Origin: a virus | Lineage: Duplodnaviria > Caudoviricetes | IMG/VR virus record: IMGVR_UViG_3300025637_000052 | Coordinates: 1 to 26,238 of that record | Direction: 5' to 3' (one strand) | DNA length: 26,238 bases | Shown here: positions 25,305 to 26,238 of the stretch, piece by piece | Numbering within the stretch: the stretch's first letter is position 1 | Layout of the letters: every line of letters begins with the position of its first letter | Notes under the pieces: generated by a model | Database searches by the model: none | The model's input: only the letters and a program-made list of their open reading frames with translations | What the model was told of the DNA's origin: nothing | Program-made: the position numbers and the translations under genes

Positions 25305-25878
25305 AATTTTTTAATGCGTTTAAAAATAGTTCAGACATATCAACGCCAATAGTTTTTAATTTATCAATATAAGGTCTAACATCTTTTTCGTATTGTTCTG
25401 TTGGGTATTCAAGTATAACTGATTTTTTAGTTTGGTCGTATAAATTATCAATTTTTTCTTCTAAATCAATTTCATCCAAAACACTATAATCAATTTCTTC
25501 TTCGGGTTGCCAAACATCTAATCCCCAATCTTTCAATTCAACGTTGTCAAATGTATTTGCTAAAATATCCCAATCCCATTCACCAAAGCCTACATTGTCT
25601 TTAATAATAAATTCCTGTGCCTGTTTGTCTGTTAAATCTTCTGCCTGTATAATATAGACTTCTTTCAAACCTATTTCCTTACAAGCCTTGTAACGCATAT
25701 TACCACCGAGTATGATATTATCCTTGTCTACCACTATTGGTCTAAGTTTTAGCATCTCGGGAAAATCCTTTACACTTTTAACAAGTTTTTCAAATTTATA
25801 CTTGTTGATGCTTCTAGGGTTATTTTCGTTTTCGTTGATTGATGATATACTTACCTTTTCTATTTTTGCTTTAATCAT
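25294..25878 (-). CDS. ParB N-terminal-domain (ParB/Srx) protein, 194 aa
   Basis: NENNPRSI, LVKSVKDFPEMLKLRPIVVD, ILGGNMRYKAC and FIIKDNVGFGEWDWDIL. Confidence 0.88.
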   Translation of the reverse strand: MIKAKIEKVSISSINENENNPRSINKYKFEKLVKSVKDFPEMLKLRPIVVDKDNIILGGNMRYKACKEIGLKEVYIIQAEDLTDKQAQEFIIKDNVGFGEWDWDILANTFDNVELKDWGLDVWQPEEEIDYSVLDEIDLEEKIDNLYDQTKKSVILEYPTEQYEKDVRPYIDKLKTIGVDMSELFLNALKNYES

Positions 25879-25909
25879 TGTTAATATTTTTTTCTAAGAT
25901 ACAAAAAAA

Positions 25910-26068
25910 TTATTTTCTGTATATTTTTGTAATTACTAACTGAAATATTCCAAAGTAAATAACAATATCTTCTTCGTATATTTGTTCATCTTCAAAAGGG
26001 TAATGTCTTACACCAAACAAAATCCCTTTAAAAAATCCAACTTTAACTTCGTAACGCAATAACTTCAT
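25910..26068 (-). CDS. Hypothetical small protein, 52 aa (not in the ORF track)
   Basis: MKLLRYEVKVGFFKGILFGVRHYPFEDEQIYEEDIVIYFGIFQLVITKIYRK, downstream of a CGTTATA motif. Confidence 0.6.
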   Translation of the reverse strand: MKLLRYEVKVGFFKGILFGVRHYPFEDEQIYEEDIVIYFGIFQLVITKIYRK

Positions 26069-26084
26069 AATATATGATTTGTAG

Positions 26085-26110
26085 TATAACGTTTTTAAAG
26101 TTACTTTTTA
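26085..26110 (-). promoter_or_regulatory. Putative phage late promoter YAAA-N15-CGTTATA
   Basis: TAAAAAGTAACTTTAAAAA-CGTTATA, upstream of the ParB-TAGT-TET-terminase operon. Confidence 0.68.
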
Positions 26111-26111
26111 T

Positions 26112-26238
26112 TTACCAATGCATACCATCCATAGATGTACTGCTTTCTATTATTTTACATTCATCTTTATTTTTCCAATTCCAACTTTGTTTCCATAAAC
26201 TTACCTTTTCTATTATTTCATTTAGTCTTTCCTTAGGT
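26112..26238 (-). CDS. 3' end of a hypothetical gene truncated by the window edge
   Basis: Open frame ...PKERLNEIIEKVSLWKQSWNWKNKDECKIIESSTSMDGMHW, stop at 26114-26112. Confidence 0.5.
   Translation of the reverse strand, partial: PKERLNEIIEKVSLWKQSWNWKNKDECKIIESSTSMDGMHW

Noticed and set aside
148-25897. All plus-strand ORFs in the track (e.g. 182-643, 13017-13406, 7725-8039)
   Set aside because: Antisense shadows of strong minus-strand genes, with no recognisable motifs or expression signals.
1-26238. Alternative genetic code, tRNA or rRNA genes, integrase or IS elements
   Set aside because: Genes tile densely in the standard code using TAA, TAG and TGA stops. I recognised no RNA gene or recombinase, although a tRNA/Infernal scan was not possible.

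Overview
AT-rich (roughly 30% GC by eye) fragment of a tailed dsDNA phage. The host is most likely Bacteroidetes/Flavobacteriaceae: one canonical TTTG-N19-TAnnTTTG promoter is present and Shine-Dalgarno motifs are not evident. All credible genes are on the minus strand. In transcription order (right to left): ParB-like protein, TET-associated glycosyltransferase, TET/JBP dioxygenase, terminase small and large subunits, an island of three micro-ORFs, tail chaperone with a -1 frameshift, neck/tail proteins, tape-measure-like protein, XkdF-like protease, scaffold, major capsid, tail-tube-like protein, portal with a long C-terminal extension, adaptor, two LamG-type fibre paralogues and small membrane proteins. 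These are followed by a SECOND tail module (tube, chaperone with a lambda-type GGGAAAG frameshift, tape measure) that has a different oligonucleotide signature. Highlights: (1) a 17-residue motif [YF]xxRVI(A/S)(D/S)GGT[IVF]E[AS]xxC in three otherwise unrelated structural proteins; (2) a packaging-linked DNA hypermodification cassette with no methyltransferase in view; (3) apparent absence of CCAG/CTGG over about 19 kb; (4) two tail modules, from either recombination or an assembly chimera; (5) five copies of an ECF-like promoter motif. All calls come from manual reading, with no database searches.
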